Virus record (IMG/VR): IMGVR_UViG_3300022752_000073
Location: 1-60,129 of that record
DNA length: 60,129 bases
Source: a virus
Lineage: Duplodnaviria > Caudoviricetes
Reading direction: 5' to 3' (one strand)
Shown here: piece by piece, positions 37,542 to 47,393 of the stretch
Layout of the letters: each line of letters starts with the position of its first letter
How positions within the stretch are numbered: the first letter of the stretch is position 1
Translations under genes and position numbers: made by a program
Notes under the pieces: model-generated
Told to the model about the DNA's origin: nothing
What the model saw: the letters and a program-made list of their open reading frames with translations, nothing else
Databases searched by the model: none

Positions 37542-37856
37542 TTATGCTGCCCAAGGAAGGGGCGTATTTTCTGGGCTGACAGGAGGTGTTATCTGACTGT
37601 CAATCTGACCCTGCACACACTGCTGTGCGCTGGTGATTTGTGATTCAGGAATCCAGCCAATCACAATAGCTTCTGTCAGTTGGTCATAGGGAATGAACGT
37701 GCTTGACTGGTTGCTGTCAAACATGGTGTTGCCGTCTATAGAACCTGTGTATTGTCCGTCTGCGCCTGTGACCGTCCACAACACGTTGACCACGTAATCG
37801 GGGTCAGGTGTCTGCAAGGTATACATCGCATTGATGGTGGTGGTGAATGTGGTCAT
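37542..37856 (-). CDS. Tail-fibre associated protein
   Basis: FIPYDQLTEAIVIGW...PLPW. Confidence 0.75.
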   Translation of the reverse strand: MTTFTTTINAMYTLQTPDPDYVVNVLWTVTGADGQYTGSIDGNTMFDSNQSSTFIPYDQLTEAIVIGWIPESQITSAQQCVQGQIDSQITPPVSPENTPLPWAA

Positions 37857-37858
37857 GA

Positions 37859-38098
37859 TTAAGCTCCTTGTTGTGCTTGATAAGCCGCAATGATTTCAGG
37901 TGTCCAAGCCACATTGCAGATAGCCACGACATTTTCAGGTTGACTTGTGAGGTCTTGACCCGGTGTCAGGCTTGTGCGGTGGTAGGTTTGGCTCAGTTGC
38001 TGACCGTCTTCCATGATGCGAGTTGCCTCACGATAGAGAACGATGCCGTTCTCAGTCACGGTGATTTGGTCGATTACTTTTTCTTTCGTGATTGCCAT
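37859..38098 (-). CDS. Tail-fibre associated protein
   Basis: DQI.V...G....R...YHR...PG...V.AIC..AWT. Confidence 0.75.
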   Translation of the reverse strand: MAITKEKVIDQITVTENGIVLYREATRIMEDGQQLSQTYHRTSLTPGQDLTSQPENVVAICNVAWTPEIIAAYQAQQGA

Positions 38099-38167
38099 TT
38101 TGGTTTCTCCTTAAAGTTGGCGTTGTGTCCAGCCTGACAAATCCAATCAGGCTAATGAACTTCGTGG

Positions 38168-41100
38168 TTATACAAAATATGTGCCCGAGCAAGCAATCGT
38201 TCCAGCGTTAGCTAGGCTACCACTACTTATATCGCCTGATTGCTGTGCCAAATTTAAAATTGATTGATTTGCGTCTAAGTTGTAAAACAAAGCAGATGTA
38301 GTTGTTATAGTTCCAGCAGAACAAGTTGCCAGCAATCCCACAGTTCCACCACCTTCTTTTACAAAAGGTAATCCTGTAATATAAACACGTCCACTACCTG
38401 ATTTTGACCCCCATGTAATGCTCATGTTGATACTTACTGACCTGCCAATTTTTACATAAGTAGCATTGGATAGCGTAAGTGTTTGCGTGTTTGCATCAAA
38501 TTGTAAAACAGGTGTCCAAGTACCCTCCTCATAATCGTCTAGCGTATTTGCGTTTGACGCTGCGGATTGTGTTGCGGGAAAAGTGATGCCTGTTCCAGTT
38601 TGTGGGACTGCACCATTAAGCGCAACAGACCTTGTGCTGTTAGTTGAAATAAGTGGATTCCCATCCCCATCAGACAGCACGATGTAGTTACTTGCAGTGC
38701 GAATGTCTAAGCCGCCTTGGTTGCCGTTGAAGCCGCCAAGGATGGTGTTCTTGGAACCTGTGGTAATTAATTCGCCAGCAGACCCACTTGCACCCGAACC
38801 AACAAAGGTGTTTGACCCACCAGTAGTCAACACATTACCAGCGCCATAACCCACAATTGTGTTGAAGCCACCAGTTGTAACAGCGTTACCAGCAGATTTG
38901 CCAATAAACGTATTCTGTGTACCCGTAGTATTACTATACCCAGCCTGATAACCAACAGCAGTGTTGTTGCTTGCTGTGGTGTTGTTGAACAAAGCAGAAT
39001 CGCCAATAGCGGTGTTGTAATTGCCCGTGGTGGTATAGTACAAAGCAAAATTACCAACAGCCGAGTTGCTTGTGCCAGTTGTATTATTTCCGGCAGAGTT
39101 CGTACCAATTGCAGTATTGTTTGTTCCTGTAGTGGTTAAGAACAGAGAATATGAACCAACACCTGTATTTCCAGCGCCAGTAGAAACAGACAAAGCATTT
39201 GCGCCAAACGCAGTGCTATCTGACGCAGTTGTGTTGGCTCTAAGGGCGTTTATGCCTGTTGCCGTATTGCGAGTACCAGTCGTGTTGCTGTACATCGCCT
39301 GATACCCAACAGCAGTGTTGTTAGATGCTGTGGTGTTAAAGTTTAGGGCTTGCGTCCCTATTGCTGTGTTGTTTGAGCCAGTGGTGTTTAAAACATTAGC
39401 GTTAAAACCATATGCAGAGTTATTTGACCCAGACGATAAGTACGCCAAAGTGCCTTGACCAAAAGCACAGTTATAGCTACCAGTTGATGTGGTAGCGGTA
39501 TTTGAACCAAGATTAGTATCGCCAACGGCTGTATTAAAAGTACCTGTGTTAGTTCTACCCGAATTGTACCCAACTAGTGTGTTGTAATCTCCTGTGGAGG
39601 CATATCCTGCACCAGCGCCAATAGCGGTTAAACGAACACCAGTAGTATTACTATACCCCGCCTGATAACCGACAGCAGTGTTGTTAGAGGCGGTGGTGTT
39701 AAGAGCCAATGCGCCAACCCCCAACCCTGTGTTGTACGACCCTGTGGTGTTGGAGTACAAAGGCCCAGTAGCAGTACCGGGATAATCAGAACCAATCGCA
39801 GTGTTTGCCGAGCCTGTGGTGTTGCTGTACAAAGCCAAGCGACCCATAGCAACTAGTGCTGTACCAGTCGTGTTTGTGTATGCGGCTTGATAACCCACAG
39901 CAGTATTGTTAGATGCTGTGGTGTTGGAGGCAAGTGCTTGACGACCGACGGCTACATTTTTTATGCCAGTTGTATTTGCGGCAAGCGGAGCATAACTACC
40001 AACAGCAGTGTTGTCGTCTCCTGTTGTGTTTGCTACAAGTGCATTTGAACCAACAGCCAAATTAGAGCCGGTAGTAGCGACAAGCAAAGCGTTATATCCA
40101 AACGCAGTTGTATTGTTATTTGATGCAGTACCAGCCGCCAAAGCACTAGCACCCACCGCAGTATTGGTAGACACAGCACCTGCACCACGTCCTACTGTGA
40201 TGCCGTAAATGAGAGCATCTGAGTTTGCTACTTCTAGTTTCTTGGAAGGCGAAGTAGTACCAATACCCAGCCCTGTGCTGGTAAACCTTGCAAACTCAGG
40301 GGCGCCATACTGACCAAACGCCATGTTGTTGCCGTAACTAGCAATATATGGGGCAGTAGTTGTAGTTGGGTCGGAAATTAGAATTAACGCATTAGAGCCA
40401 CCGCTTCTTGCAAAACGAGAAACTACTTCAGCGGATGAAGAGACATCAAGTTTGTAAGAAGGCGAAGTAGTCCCAATACCCAGCCCTGTGCTGTTTAGGC
40501 GCATTTGTTCTGCATTAGATGTGTAAAAAGTTAGCGCATTAGATGATGCGTTATTTAAACGAACCTCTGAAGCACTAGCCAAAACGCCTCCATATTCAGT
40601 TGCGCCATCGTTAGATAAAAAAGCAATCTTTGAAATGTTGTCTGTAGAACGACCTTTAACTAACAAACCATTCGCGGTGGCAGTTGCAGAAACAAAAGTT
40701 CCTGTTCCAGTTGTGGCAAAGTTAGTCCCATCAAACGTCAGCGCAGACCCGCTGGTAACGACTTTAGAGCCGTTGAGGTAGGTCACGCCGTTGGCTGTGC
40801 CGCCTGAGAGGGTGACAGAGCCTGCAACCACTTCGTTTCCCGCAAGATACAGGTTGCGAGGACGAGTTGCGCCAGAAGCACCAATGTCGTAGGTGTTGTC
40901 CGTAAAAATCAGGTTGCTGGTGATTGTGCCGTTGACGGTCACGGTATCGGCAGAGGCGTCTCCAAGGATGGTGTTTCCTGTGACTGTCAGGTTGGTAAAT
41001 GTGCCTGAACCGCTGGTATTACTGACTTTGATGAAGTCTGAGCCGTTCCACGCGCAAACTGCTGATTCACCCTTAACAATCGTCACGCCCGTGGTTGGGC

Positions 41101-41422
41101 CTACCCCACGAAGCACAATGGACTGAGTGCCGCCCGAAGCGTTGATAACGGTGTAGACCTTAGATTGAGCAGGGGCAGTGATGTTGCGGGTTGTGGTGCC
41201 CGAGGCCGGGTTCCAAAGAATGATGGCCTGCCGTGCTTGGTTGGACGCGCCGGTGGTGGTTGTCAGCGTGATATCTGCATCGGTTGTGATGCTGGTCGTG
41301 CCCGCTACCGCTGTATCGAGCAATGATGTGATAGCGTTGTTGACCGTATCACCCCAACTACCTGATAGCTCTCCAGTAACTGGAAGTGCCAGACCAAGGA
41401 GGGATGTATATGCTGTTGTCAT
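38168..41422 (-). CDS. Tail fibre with beta-roll (NTAVGY/NTTG) repeats
   Basis: 1084 aa; GIGTTSP motifs, ~14-aa repeats, LDDYEEGTWTP. Confidence 0.85.
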   Translation of the reverse strand: MTTAYTSLLGLALPVTGELSGSWGDTVNNAITSLLDTAVAGTTSITTDADITLTTTTGASNQARQAIILWNPASGTTTRNITAPAQSKVYTVINASGGTQSIVLRGVGPTTGVTIVKGESAVCAWNGSDFIKVSNTSGSGTFTNLTVTGNTILGDASADTVTVNGTITSNLIFTDNTYDIGASGATRPRNLYLAGNEVVAGSVTLSGGTANGVTYLNGSKVVTSGSALTFDGTNFATTGTGTFVSATATANGLLVKGRSTDNISKIAFLSNDGATEYGGVLASASEVRLNNASSNALTFYTSNAEQMRLNSTGLGIGTTSPSYKLDVSSSAEVVSRFARSGGSNALILISDPTTTTAPYIASYGNNMAFGQYGAPEFARFTSTGLGIGTTSPSKKLEVANSDALIYGITVGRGAGAVSTNTAVGASALAAGTASNNNTTAFGYNALLVATTGSNLAVGSNALVANTTGDDNTAVGSYAPLAANTTGIKNVAVGRQALASNTTASNNTAVGYQAAYTNTTGTALVAMGRLALYSNTTGSANTAIGSDYPGTATGPLYSNTTGSYNTGLGVGALALNTTASNNTAVGYQAGYSNTTGVRLTAIGAGAGYASTGDYNTLVGYNSGRTNTGTFNTAVGDTNLGSNTATTSTGSYNCAFGQGTLAYLSSGSNNSAYGFNANVLNTTGSNNTAIGTQALNFNTTASNNTAVGYQAMYSNTTGTRNTATGINALRANTTASDSTAFGANALSVSTGAGNTGVGSYSLFLTTTGTNNTAIGTNSAGNNTTGTSNSAVGNFALYYTTTGNYNTAIGDSALFNNTTASNNTAVGYQAGYSNTTGTQNTFIGKSAGNAVTTGGFNTIVGYGAGNVLTTGGSNTFVGSGASGSAGELITTGSKNTILGGFNGNQGGLDIRTASNYIVLSDGDGNPLISTNSTRSVALNGAVPQTGTGITFPATQSAASNANTLDDYEEGTWTPVLQFDANTQTLTLSNATYVKIGRSVSINMSITWGSKSGSGRVYITGLPFVKEGGGTVGLLATCSAGTITTTSALFYNLDANQSILNLAQQSGDISSGSLANAGTIACSGTYFV

Positions 41423-41432
41423 GTGTTTGACC

Positions 41433-42380
41433 TCATGTTACGACTTCTTGCCAGTTGGCGGTTTCATCTGTATCTACAAGTGCCCAAGCAGGAGTTTGCC
41501 CATTGTTTAGATTTTGCCACGAAGCAGTTTGGCTGTCATCAATCAACTGCCAATATACTGCAATTACTTCACCCGTAAAACCGCTTGCCAAGTTGCCCGT
41601 TAAAGAAAGAGAACGAGGGGCCACGGCAACCGTCCCCACACTGCCCGCCGCGCTTACGCCTGTAAGAGCTATATTTTTTCCAGCGGTTACGGTTCCTACT
41701 TCACCTGTTGCCGTAAGCGGACTTAAGGGGACAATAACTTGAGAAACGTCGCCTTGTGCATAAACGCCCGCTAAAGTTACAGACGCCGACTGAACTACGG
41801 TTCCTACAAAACCTTCCGCTGAAACACCTGTTAAGGCTTTGTTTTTGTCAGGGCTTACTGTCCCAACTTCTCCACTGGCAACGTTTCCAGTCAAAGCCAA
41901 AGAACGTGCGCCTAGTGCTACGTTACCTACTTCGCCCGCAGCTTGATTACCCGTTAAAGCAGCTTCTTTGCTGTGCGTTACGGTTCCTGCAAAGCCTTCA
42001 CCAGCCACGCCCGTGAGGGCAACGGTAAGCGCAACCCCCAAATCACCAACGTAACCGTAGGCTACATCTCCGTCTTCAGCTTCAGAAGTGCTGGGTGTTA
42101 CTGTGCCAACTTCGCCCGCAGCGGATACGCCCGTAAGCGCAAGAGATGTAGCCCCACGGGAAACTGTACCAACCGCCCCATCAGCGGATACACCAGTAAG
42201 GGCAACCGTAATAGTGGGCGTAACGGTTCCCACGGCTCCTGAAGCCGAGTTTCCCGTGATGGCAATGGATATAGACGGGGTTACGGTTCCTACGGAACCT
42301 GCTGCCGCATCTCCGGTGAGGATGGTTTCGCCATTGCCCCAAGTGCCGTAGCCCCAAGCGCCAACGCCCCACCCTGCCAT
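41433..42380 (-). CDS. Repeat-rich tail/virion protein
   Basis: ALTGVSAxGxVGTV repeats; GWGxGAWG N-terminus. Confidence 0.7.
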   Translation of the reverse strand: MAGWGVGAWGYGTWGNGETILTGDAAAGSVGTVTPSISIAITGNSASGAVGTVTPTITVALTGVSADGAVGTVSRGATSLALTGVSAAGEVGTVTPSTSEAEDGDVAYGYVGDLGVALTVALTGVAGEGFAGTVTHSKEAALTGNQAAGEVGNVALGARSLALTGNVASGEVGTVSPDKNKALTGVSAEGFVGTVVQSASVTLAGVYAQGDVSQVIVPLSPLTATGEVGTVTAGKNIALTGVSAAGSVGTVAVAPRSLSLTGNLASGFTGEVIAVYWQLIDDSQTASWQNLNNGQTPAWALVDTDETANWQEVVT

Positions 42381-42391
42381 GATCTACCCCT

Positions 42392-42868
42392 TTATGTGGT
42401 AGCTAAGCGCAGCAGAGCAGTTGACGTGGTATTGGAAGGCATAGTCAGTGTGAACGTACCAGCAGTAATGGTTTGAGAACCAAAGGTATGAACAGAAACA
42501 GCCTTATTACTCTGAGTAGAGTTATAAATTAACACGCAGTCAAACGCTGTAGAAAGCGTCACAGTGGTGTAAGTGATGGAAGCAGAGGGCGTCCAGTACC
42601 CCACGCCAGCCGTTGCCGAAGTGTTGGTAGAAGCTGGAGCACTTGCGTTCGTCACAGTTACCCCGCCAGCGGTGTACCCTGTACCCGATACTTCATTGGT
42701 TGCACTGTAGGCAGTAGTGGCTGCATTGACTGTTGCAGTTGTAACGTACAGCGCGGCTTTGAACGTATCGGCTGTAGAAGCCGCACGAATAGGCGAAGTT
42801 CCGAAATTGTGCGTGGCAGTCATCAGTTCACCGAGGAACGAGGTACACATGCTTTGAGTATTGGCCAT
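42392..42868 (-). CDS. Virion structural protein
   Basis: DTFKAALY...EVSGTGYTAGG; paralog of 43080..43505. Confidence 0.7.
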   Translation of the reverse strand: MANTQSMCTSFLGELMTATHNFGTSPIRAASTADTFKAALYVTTATVNAATTAYSATNEVSGTGYTAGGVTVTNASAPASTNTSATAGVGYWTPSASITYTTVTLSTAFDCVLIYNSTQSNKAVSVHTFGSQTITAGTFTLTMPSNTTSTALLRLATT

Positions 42869-42877
42869 GATATTTCC

Positions 42878-43069
42878 TTAAAAAGAAGCGGCTTCACCGC
42901 CACAAAAAACAGGCATTTTCTTCAAGGTAACGTGTGCAGAACGGTGAACCAATTCGCCATCCAACCAGTACTCCACCCATGAAGTTGATTCGTTGTCATT
43001 GTCGATGGAACCTTCGCGTTTTTCAAGCAAAGAATCGTCCATTTCACCTTTTGTAGTGGTTACGATCAA
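42878..43069 (-). CDS. Hypothetical protein
   Basis: TTG start after GGAG; WVEYWLDGELVHRS. Confidence 0.65.
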   Translation of the reverse strand: MIVTTTKGEMDDSLLEKREGSIDNDNESTSWVEYWLDGELVHRSAHVTLKKMPVFCGGEAASF

Positions 43070-43079
43070 TTTGAACTCC

Positions 43080-43505
43080 TTATGCGATACGTATAATTGC
43101 TGAAGTATTGGTAACAGCGGGAAACTGCACCGTGAAGGTAGTGGTAGAGGTTTTGTCGTTACCAAAGTCTAAAACACAAACCGTTGGGTTGCCGCCGCCG
43201 CTCTTATAAATCAAAGCCCCGCGAGCGGTTAAAGCAGCCGACCATACTGCATTAGCAAACGACAAATAAGCAATATCCCCGGAACTTCCCGTTGTAGGGG
43301 TTTGGCTTACCGTAAGAGTGTATCCCCCAGCGGTGTACCCAGTAGCTACAACCTCCCCAACGGATGTGTAAACATTCGTTGTCTGATCCAATGTAGCTGC
43401 ATTGGTATACAAAGCTATCTTGAATGTGTCAGACGTAAAGTTGTATTGACCATTTGCAAGACCTGTTTTAAAAACATTACACGTCCAATTTCCAGTAAAC
43501 GCCAT
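43080..43505 (-). CDS. Virion structural protein
   Basis: DTFKIALY...EV..TGYTAGG...VLDFG. Confidence 0.7.
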   Translation of the reverse strand: MAFTGNWTCNVFKTGLANGQYNFTSDTFKIALYTNAATLDQTTNVYTSVGEVVATGYTAGGYTLTVSQTPTTGSSGDIAYLSFANAVWSAALTARGALIYKSGGGNPTVCVLDFGNDKTSTTTFTVQFPAVTNTSAIIRIA

Positions 43506-44161
43506 TACGTCACCGCCTGTCTAAACTGACCAGAACGATAAGCATCTTGACGCTCCATGCCGTCGCCAAGGCGTTTTGCAAGGGCAAGGGCTTCATTGTA
43601 TTTTGTGTTGTACAAAGTAACCATATCAGCCTCACCCTTCATGTAAGTGATGGCCTCTACCAAAGTACCGTACAACAAAACACTGTCGAAATTGTCGCCA
43701 AGCCACGTAGTGCTTGCAGTGACTATGGATTCTGGATAATAGTAATAATGAAGTTCTACGGTATAGGTTGCGTCAGGAGTTGGGCCTAGGATAAACGAAA
43801 GTTCGTTTGTTATTACATTGGACACCACTGTCGGGCCAAACAAGGCGTAGTACTTTGGTATGGCTGTGTCTGTCGGGCTTGGATAAGACTGGCGTATAAA
43901 ATTAACGTCCTTGTTCAACAAATACTCATATTCACCACCACTGATTACAGCCAATGAATAAACCGCCAAGAAATCATTTGGGGCTGATAGGTATTTGTTA
44001 CCTGATGTAATTGTCCCCGTCATATTTTTACGTATAGACGGAAACTGAACGGAGTTGTAAATGCGCTGCTCCGCCTGCTCAATGAACGTATTCATATCCG
44101 CAGTGGGGAACGTGTTCTCTGTGTAATCAGAGACGGCAGTTACAAGAGCCGTATAGTTCAC
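43505..44161 (-). CDS. Head-tail adaptor / tail tubular A-like protein
   Basis: FIEQAEQRI, PKYYA, GPTPD..Y.VELHY, LLYG.L.EA. Confidence 0.75.
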   Translation of the reverse strand: MNYTALVTAVSDYTENTFPTADMNTFIEQAEQRIYNSVQFPSIRKNMTGTITSGNKYLSAPNDFLAVYSLAVISGGEYEYLLNKDVNFIRQSYPSPTDTAIPKYYALFGPTVVSNVITNELSFILGPTPDATYTVELHYYYYPESIVTASTTWLGDNFDSVLLYGTLVEAITYMKGEADMVTLYNTKYNEALALAKRLGDGMERQDAYRSGQFRQAVT

Positions 44162-44424
44162 GCCATCGGCCCCCGAGCCATCACGCCTTTAGTGGCTGCA
44201 CCAGTACCACGGATTTTGATCCCAGAAGTTTTAGGCTCCTTGTAAGGATCGCGGCTGATATTGCCAACAGACATGTTGACATCATTAGCAGTCATTCGGT
44301 TGCCACCTTGATACCCACTGTTCTTGATGTCCACACCAGACTTACCGTCCATGGTATGGGGTTCAGCATAGACTTCAGCTTGGCCGACTTCTTTGCCGCC
44401 AACCTTGTTGCTAAATTTAGCCAT
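44158..44424 (-). CDS. Small basic late protein
   Basis: C-terminal RGTGAATKG...GPMA. Confidence 0.7.
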   Translation of the reverse strand: MAKFSNKVGGKEVGQAEVYAEPHTMDGKSGVDIKNSGYQGGNRMTANDVNMSVGNISRDPYKEPKTSGIKIRGTGAATKGVMARGPMA

Positions 44425-44425
44425 A

Positions 44426-44629
44426 TTAGCCTCCGCGCTTGTAAGTGAAGGACGACTTTTTCTGATTGGCCACTTTGGCCAAACCACGACCCAACTGCTT
44501 CATTTGCAAATTGGTCTTGCCGCCTTTAGCCAGCTTAGTCATAGGCTTGCCGGGATGCATGTGTTTTTCGTGCTTATGCACGGCACCAGCAATCATTTTC
44601 TTGTCTTGCTTTAAATCTTTTTTGTCCAT
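44426..44629 (-). CDS. Small basic late protein
   Basis: HKHEKHMHPGK; LAKGG. Confidence 0.7.
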   Translation of the reverse strand: MDKKDLKQDKKMIAGAVHKHEKHMHPGKPMTKLAKGGKTNLQMKQLGRGLAKVANQKKSSFTYKRGG

Positions 44630-44638
44630 ATTAGACTC

Positions 44639-45067
44639 CTAAGTTACGCTTACCGTTACTGTACCAAGTTCTACAGCCAACACCAAGTTATTTGGCGTAA
44701 GAGCAGCATCAAAATTTCGGGCCCCCCCTACTGGGTTCCAACCCCACTGAAACACTCGACTACCTGCTTCTGGGTAACCAAACCCGTCTACGGCTACACT
44801 GTTTGTCAACAAAATCTGCAATCCGTTTTGTCCTGAAACTTTATAGCTCACATCCGGACGCGGTTCACGCACTGCTTGCGGATCATCAACTGGATACATA
44901 CCAAGTTGTAATTGCGGATGGTCAGGATCCCAGCATTCGTGGCACACCTTAATTTTGAACGGCCTTGTCTTGACCGTCTGGGTACGCAACTCTTTAAGCA
45001 TATACCTCTGCGCACAACGATCACACTCCGCAATCGCATATTTGCCTGAAGCAAACCGATTAGGCAT
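44639..45067 (-). CDS. Zn-finger late protein
   Basis: CDRC...CHECWD.DHPQL...DPQAVREPRPD. Confidence 0.75.
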   Translation of the reverse strand: MPNRFASGKYAIAECDRCAQRYMLKELRTQTVKTRPFKIKVCHECWDPDHPQLQLGMYPVDDPQAVREPRPDVSYKVSGQNGLQILLTNSVAVDGFGYPEAGSRVFQWGWNPVGGARNFDAALTPNNLVLAVELGTVTVSVT

Positions 45068-45992
45068 AGAACATGTTCCTTGGCACAAACCGCAAAGGAG
45101 ATGTATCTCGGTCTTCCGCAGCGGCCAAATCCCACTGCTGCTCATATTCCATCTTCAACCCAATAACTCGCTGTTGGTCTACTCCGGGCAACTTTGTGCT
45201 CAACTGATAAGCCAGCCCAGCCACCATACAAGGGATAAAGCGGAATGGGATGTCTTGAACCTTCACGCCGGAACCAGCATCCTGAATACGCCGCATACGG
45301 TAGTACACAAACATGTACTGATCACCCGGTGCATTTGGCGTTGGCCAAACGTTAATTGCCGGAAGGTTTTGAACTGTGATAGCCGCACCAGAAGTGTGCG
45401 CTGCTGCCGTCGTGTTATTTTGCCCGCGAGCGCAGTTAAGCAACTGGTTGTTTACAGGGTCTACGTTAGGGTAGCTGATGGTTTCGCTACCAATTTTGAT
45501 AAAACCGGCAGTTGTCAGATTGGCCACCGACGACACTGTAATTGTGGTGTCAGTACTGGTAATGGTTGCAGCCAATGTGGCTGTGCTTAGATTTTCTTGT
45601 CCAGATTGGCGATTGAACCAAACCTGAATAGGACGGCCTTGCGCTAATTTGTTTGGCAAGCTCATGTAGGTGGGTTCTGAAATCCGACTGATGTTGATAT
45701 CAATCTGATTGCTTGTAGCATTGTTCTGACGGATCACAGTGTCCAACAGATCAATCGTATCTACGGGTACTGGATAGATGGCTTGCCCAGTCACCATGGG
45801 GATCTGACCTTGCTCAACCGTCCAGAAATTAATGCCTCGGTTGGCCCACTCGATGGTCAAGATGTTTAAAGACCTGCGGGCCGTGCGAAAGTTATAGCCT
45901 GTACGCAATTCCTGACCGCAACGCTCAAACGCCTCCTCAATGAGGTCGTTCATGTCGAGATTAAAGACTGAGGTTCCGGTAGTCGTGGCCAT
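45060..45992 (-). CDS. Head-tail adaptor / tail tubular protein
   Basis: IEEAFERCG, EWANRG, PNK...GRP, WPTP, PFRF. Confidence 0.75.
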   Translation of the reverse strand: MATTTGTSVFNLDMNDLIEEAFERCGQELRTGYNFRTARRSLNILTIEWANRGINFWTVEQGQIPMVTGQAIYPVPVDTIDLLDTVIRQNNATSNQIDINISRISEPTYMSLPNKLAQGRPIQVWFNRQSGQENLSTATLAATITSTDTTITVSSVANLTTAGFIKIGSETISYPNVDPVNNQLLNCARGQNNTTAAAHTSGAAITVQNLPAINVWPTPNAPGDQYMFVYYRMRRIQDAGSGVKVQDIPFRFIPCMVAGLAYQLSTKLPGVDQQRVIGLKMEYEQQWDLAAAEDRDTSPLRFVPRNMFYA

Positions 45993-45994
45993 GA

Positions 45995-46261
45995 TTACTT
46001 CATTTTCTTAAGTGTTTGCGCCAGACGAGCACGTTGTCCTACTTTACCGGACTTTTTTGCAGCCGCAGCAAGTTTTTTTGCGGGGATCTTTTCACCAGCT
46101 TTAACACCCAATTCTTTTTTTAAAGCACCGGGTTTTTTAATAGCACTGGCAATCCAATTCTTAGCAGAGCCGCCTTTTTTCATGGTTTCTACGCCACGAC
46201 CTTTAAGGATGTCCGCTTGGGTAACTTTGCCATCACCCGTTAAATCAGGAAACTTTGCCAT
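45995..46261 (-). CDS. Small basic late protein with EF-hand-like loop
   Basis: DLTGDGKVTQAD + MKKGG + NWI..AIKKPGAL. Confidence 0.7.
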   Translation of the reverse strand: MAKFPDLTGDGKVTQADILKGRGVETMKKGGSAKNWIASAIKKPGALKKELGVKAGEKIPAKKLAAAAKKSGKVGQRARLAQTLKKMK

Positions 46262-46599
46262 TATCGGAACCTCGCTGTTTTCTGAGCTATGCTCTTGGGT
46301 TGCGCTACAAATTGTTTGCCGGTTTTCTTACCAGCCCGCTTTGCCCGTGTGGTAGCAGCGTACTCAGAAGGACTGAGACTTTTGATCGCAGCTTCCGGCA
46401 AGTAACGTTCGCCTGTTTTGCTAGACGGTTTTCCACTTTTGGTACGCCATTTCTGATCGCCCCAATCTTTGAGAGATTTTTGAGGGGCTGCTAATCCACC
46501 ACCAGCTTTTTTCTTTACGCTTGCACAATGGGCTTTTTGTGAAAACCCTTTCGGATGTTCACAGTCAATAGAGTCCTTGTACTTTTTTGACCAAGTCAT
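46261..46599 (-). CDS. Small basic late protein (DUF5872-like C-half)
   Basis: QKSLKDW..QKWRTKSGK...ERYLP. Confidence 0.65.
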   Translation of the reverse strand: MTWSKKYKDSIDCEHPKGFSQKAHCASVKKKAGGGLAAPQKSLKDWGDQKWRTKSGKPSSKTGERYLPEAAIKSLSPSEYAATTRAKRAGKKTGKQFVAQPKSIAQKTARFR

Positions 46600-46868
46600 T
46601 TGTACCCACCGCCAGCCGCCTTGTACCTCTTGGCAACAAGTTGCGCTTTTCTGGCCGACCATTGACCTGCACCGGTGCCTTGAGTCGCCGCTGCTTTTAC
46701 TTGAGCAACGATGCGTTTGCGCAGACTGGGTTTGGTGTAGTTACCAGCAGCATTTACCTCGCCGCCCTCTTTGTACTGGGTGAAATCAGTGTCATCCCGA
46801 CGAGGCTTCTTAGCCCCGCTCGGCATTTTGCTGGCGCGGATTGCGCCCATACCACGGGATGCCATCAT
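46596..46868 (-). CDS. Small basic late protein (DUF5872-like N-half)
   Basis: YTKPSLRKRI...GQWSARKAQL. Confidence 0.65.
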   Translation of the reverse strand: MMASRGMGAIRASKMPSGAKKPRRDDTDFTQYKEGGEVNAAGNYTKPSLRKRIVAQVKAAATQGTGAGQWSARKAQLVAKRYKAAGGGYK

Positions 46869-46871
46869 AAT

Positions 46872-47378
46872 TTAACGGGCGTAACCGCCGCCTTTCATGG
46901 TAATCATAGTACCTTTAGTCTTGCCTTTGGTGGCGCAACCGTCAGCACGTTTGGAAGCGGAAGAAACGGAGCCGCCCTTTTTGTAACCCTCGTCTTTTAA
47001 CCCCTGCCTTACACCTTTTTTAAAGTTAGCGCGGTCGGTCATACCCATTTTTTCTGATAAGTAAGCATCAGCATCGTCAAACTTATCTCCGATGTATTGA
47101 CCTGCCCTTTCAAGATACGCCGCAGGGGTGCCCAATACGCCACTGCGAGTTGCGGCTTTTTGTTGGCGGTTATAACCTTCTTGCCTTCCTTGATCCCGCG
47201 CTGCTTTCGCCATATCTGCCCGATCAGCGCGTCTTTGCTCTAAATACTTTTCCTCGTTAGTAGGCCCAAACTTGGGGGCAAACTCAGTATTCGTTAAAGA
47301 CTGGTTGTAGGCTTTTTCCGCCTTCATGCGTTCTTTTTCATCCCGCGCTTCTTGAAGCATTTGTTCTTTAGTAGCCAT
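46872..47378 (-). CDS. Basic late protein
   Basis: YKKGGSVSSASKRADGCATKGKTKG. Confidence 0.7.
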   Translation of the reverse strand: MATKEQMLQEARDEKERMKAEKAYNQSLTNTEFAPKFGPTNEEKYLEQRRADRADMAKAARDQGRQEGYNRQQKAATRSGVLGTPAAYLERAGQYIGDKFDDADAYLSEKMGMTDRANFKKGVRQGLKDEGYKKGGSVSSASKRADGCATKGKTKGTMITMKGGGYAR

Positions 47379-47393
47379 GATGGACTCCTTAAA

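Noticed and set aside
38168-41422. Diversity-generating retroelement acting on the tail fibre
   Set aside because: No reverse transcriptase and no TR/VR pair; the ~36-bp repeat near 40245/40458 encodes duplicated GIGTTSP motifs
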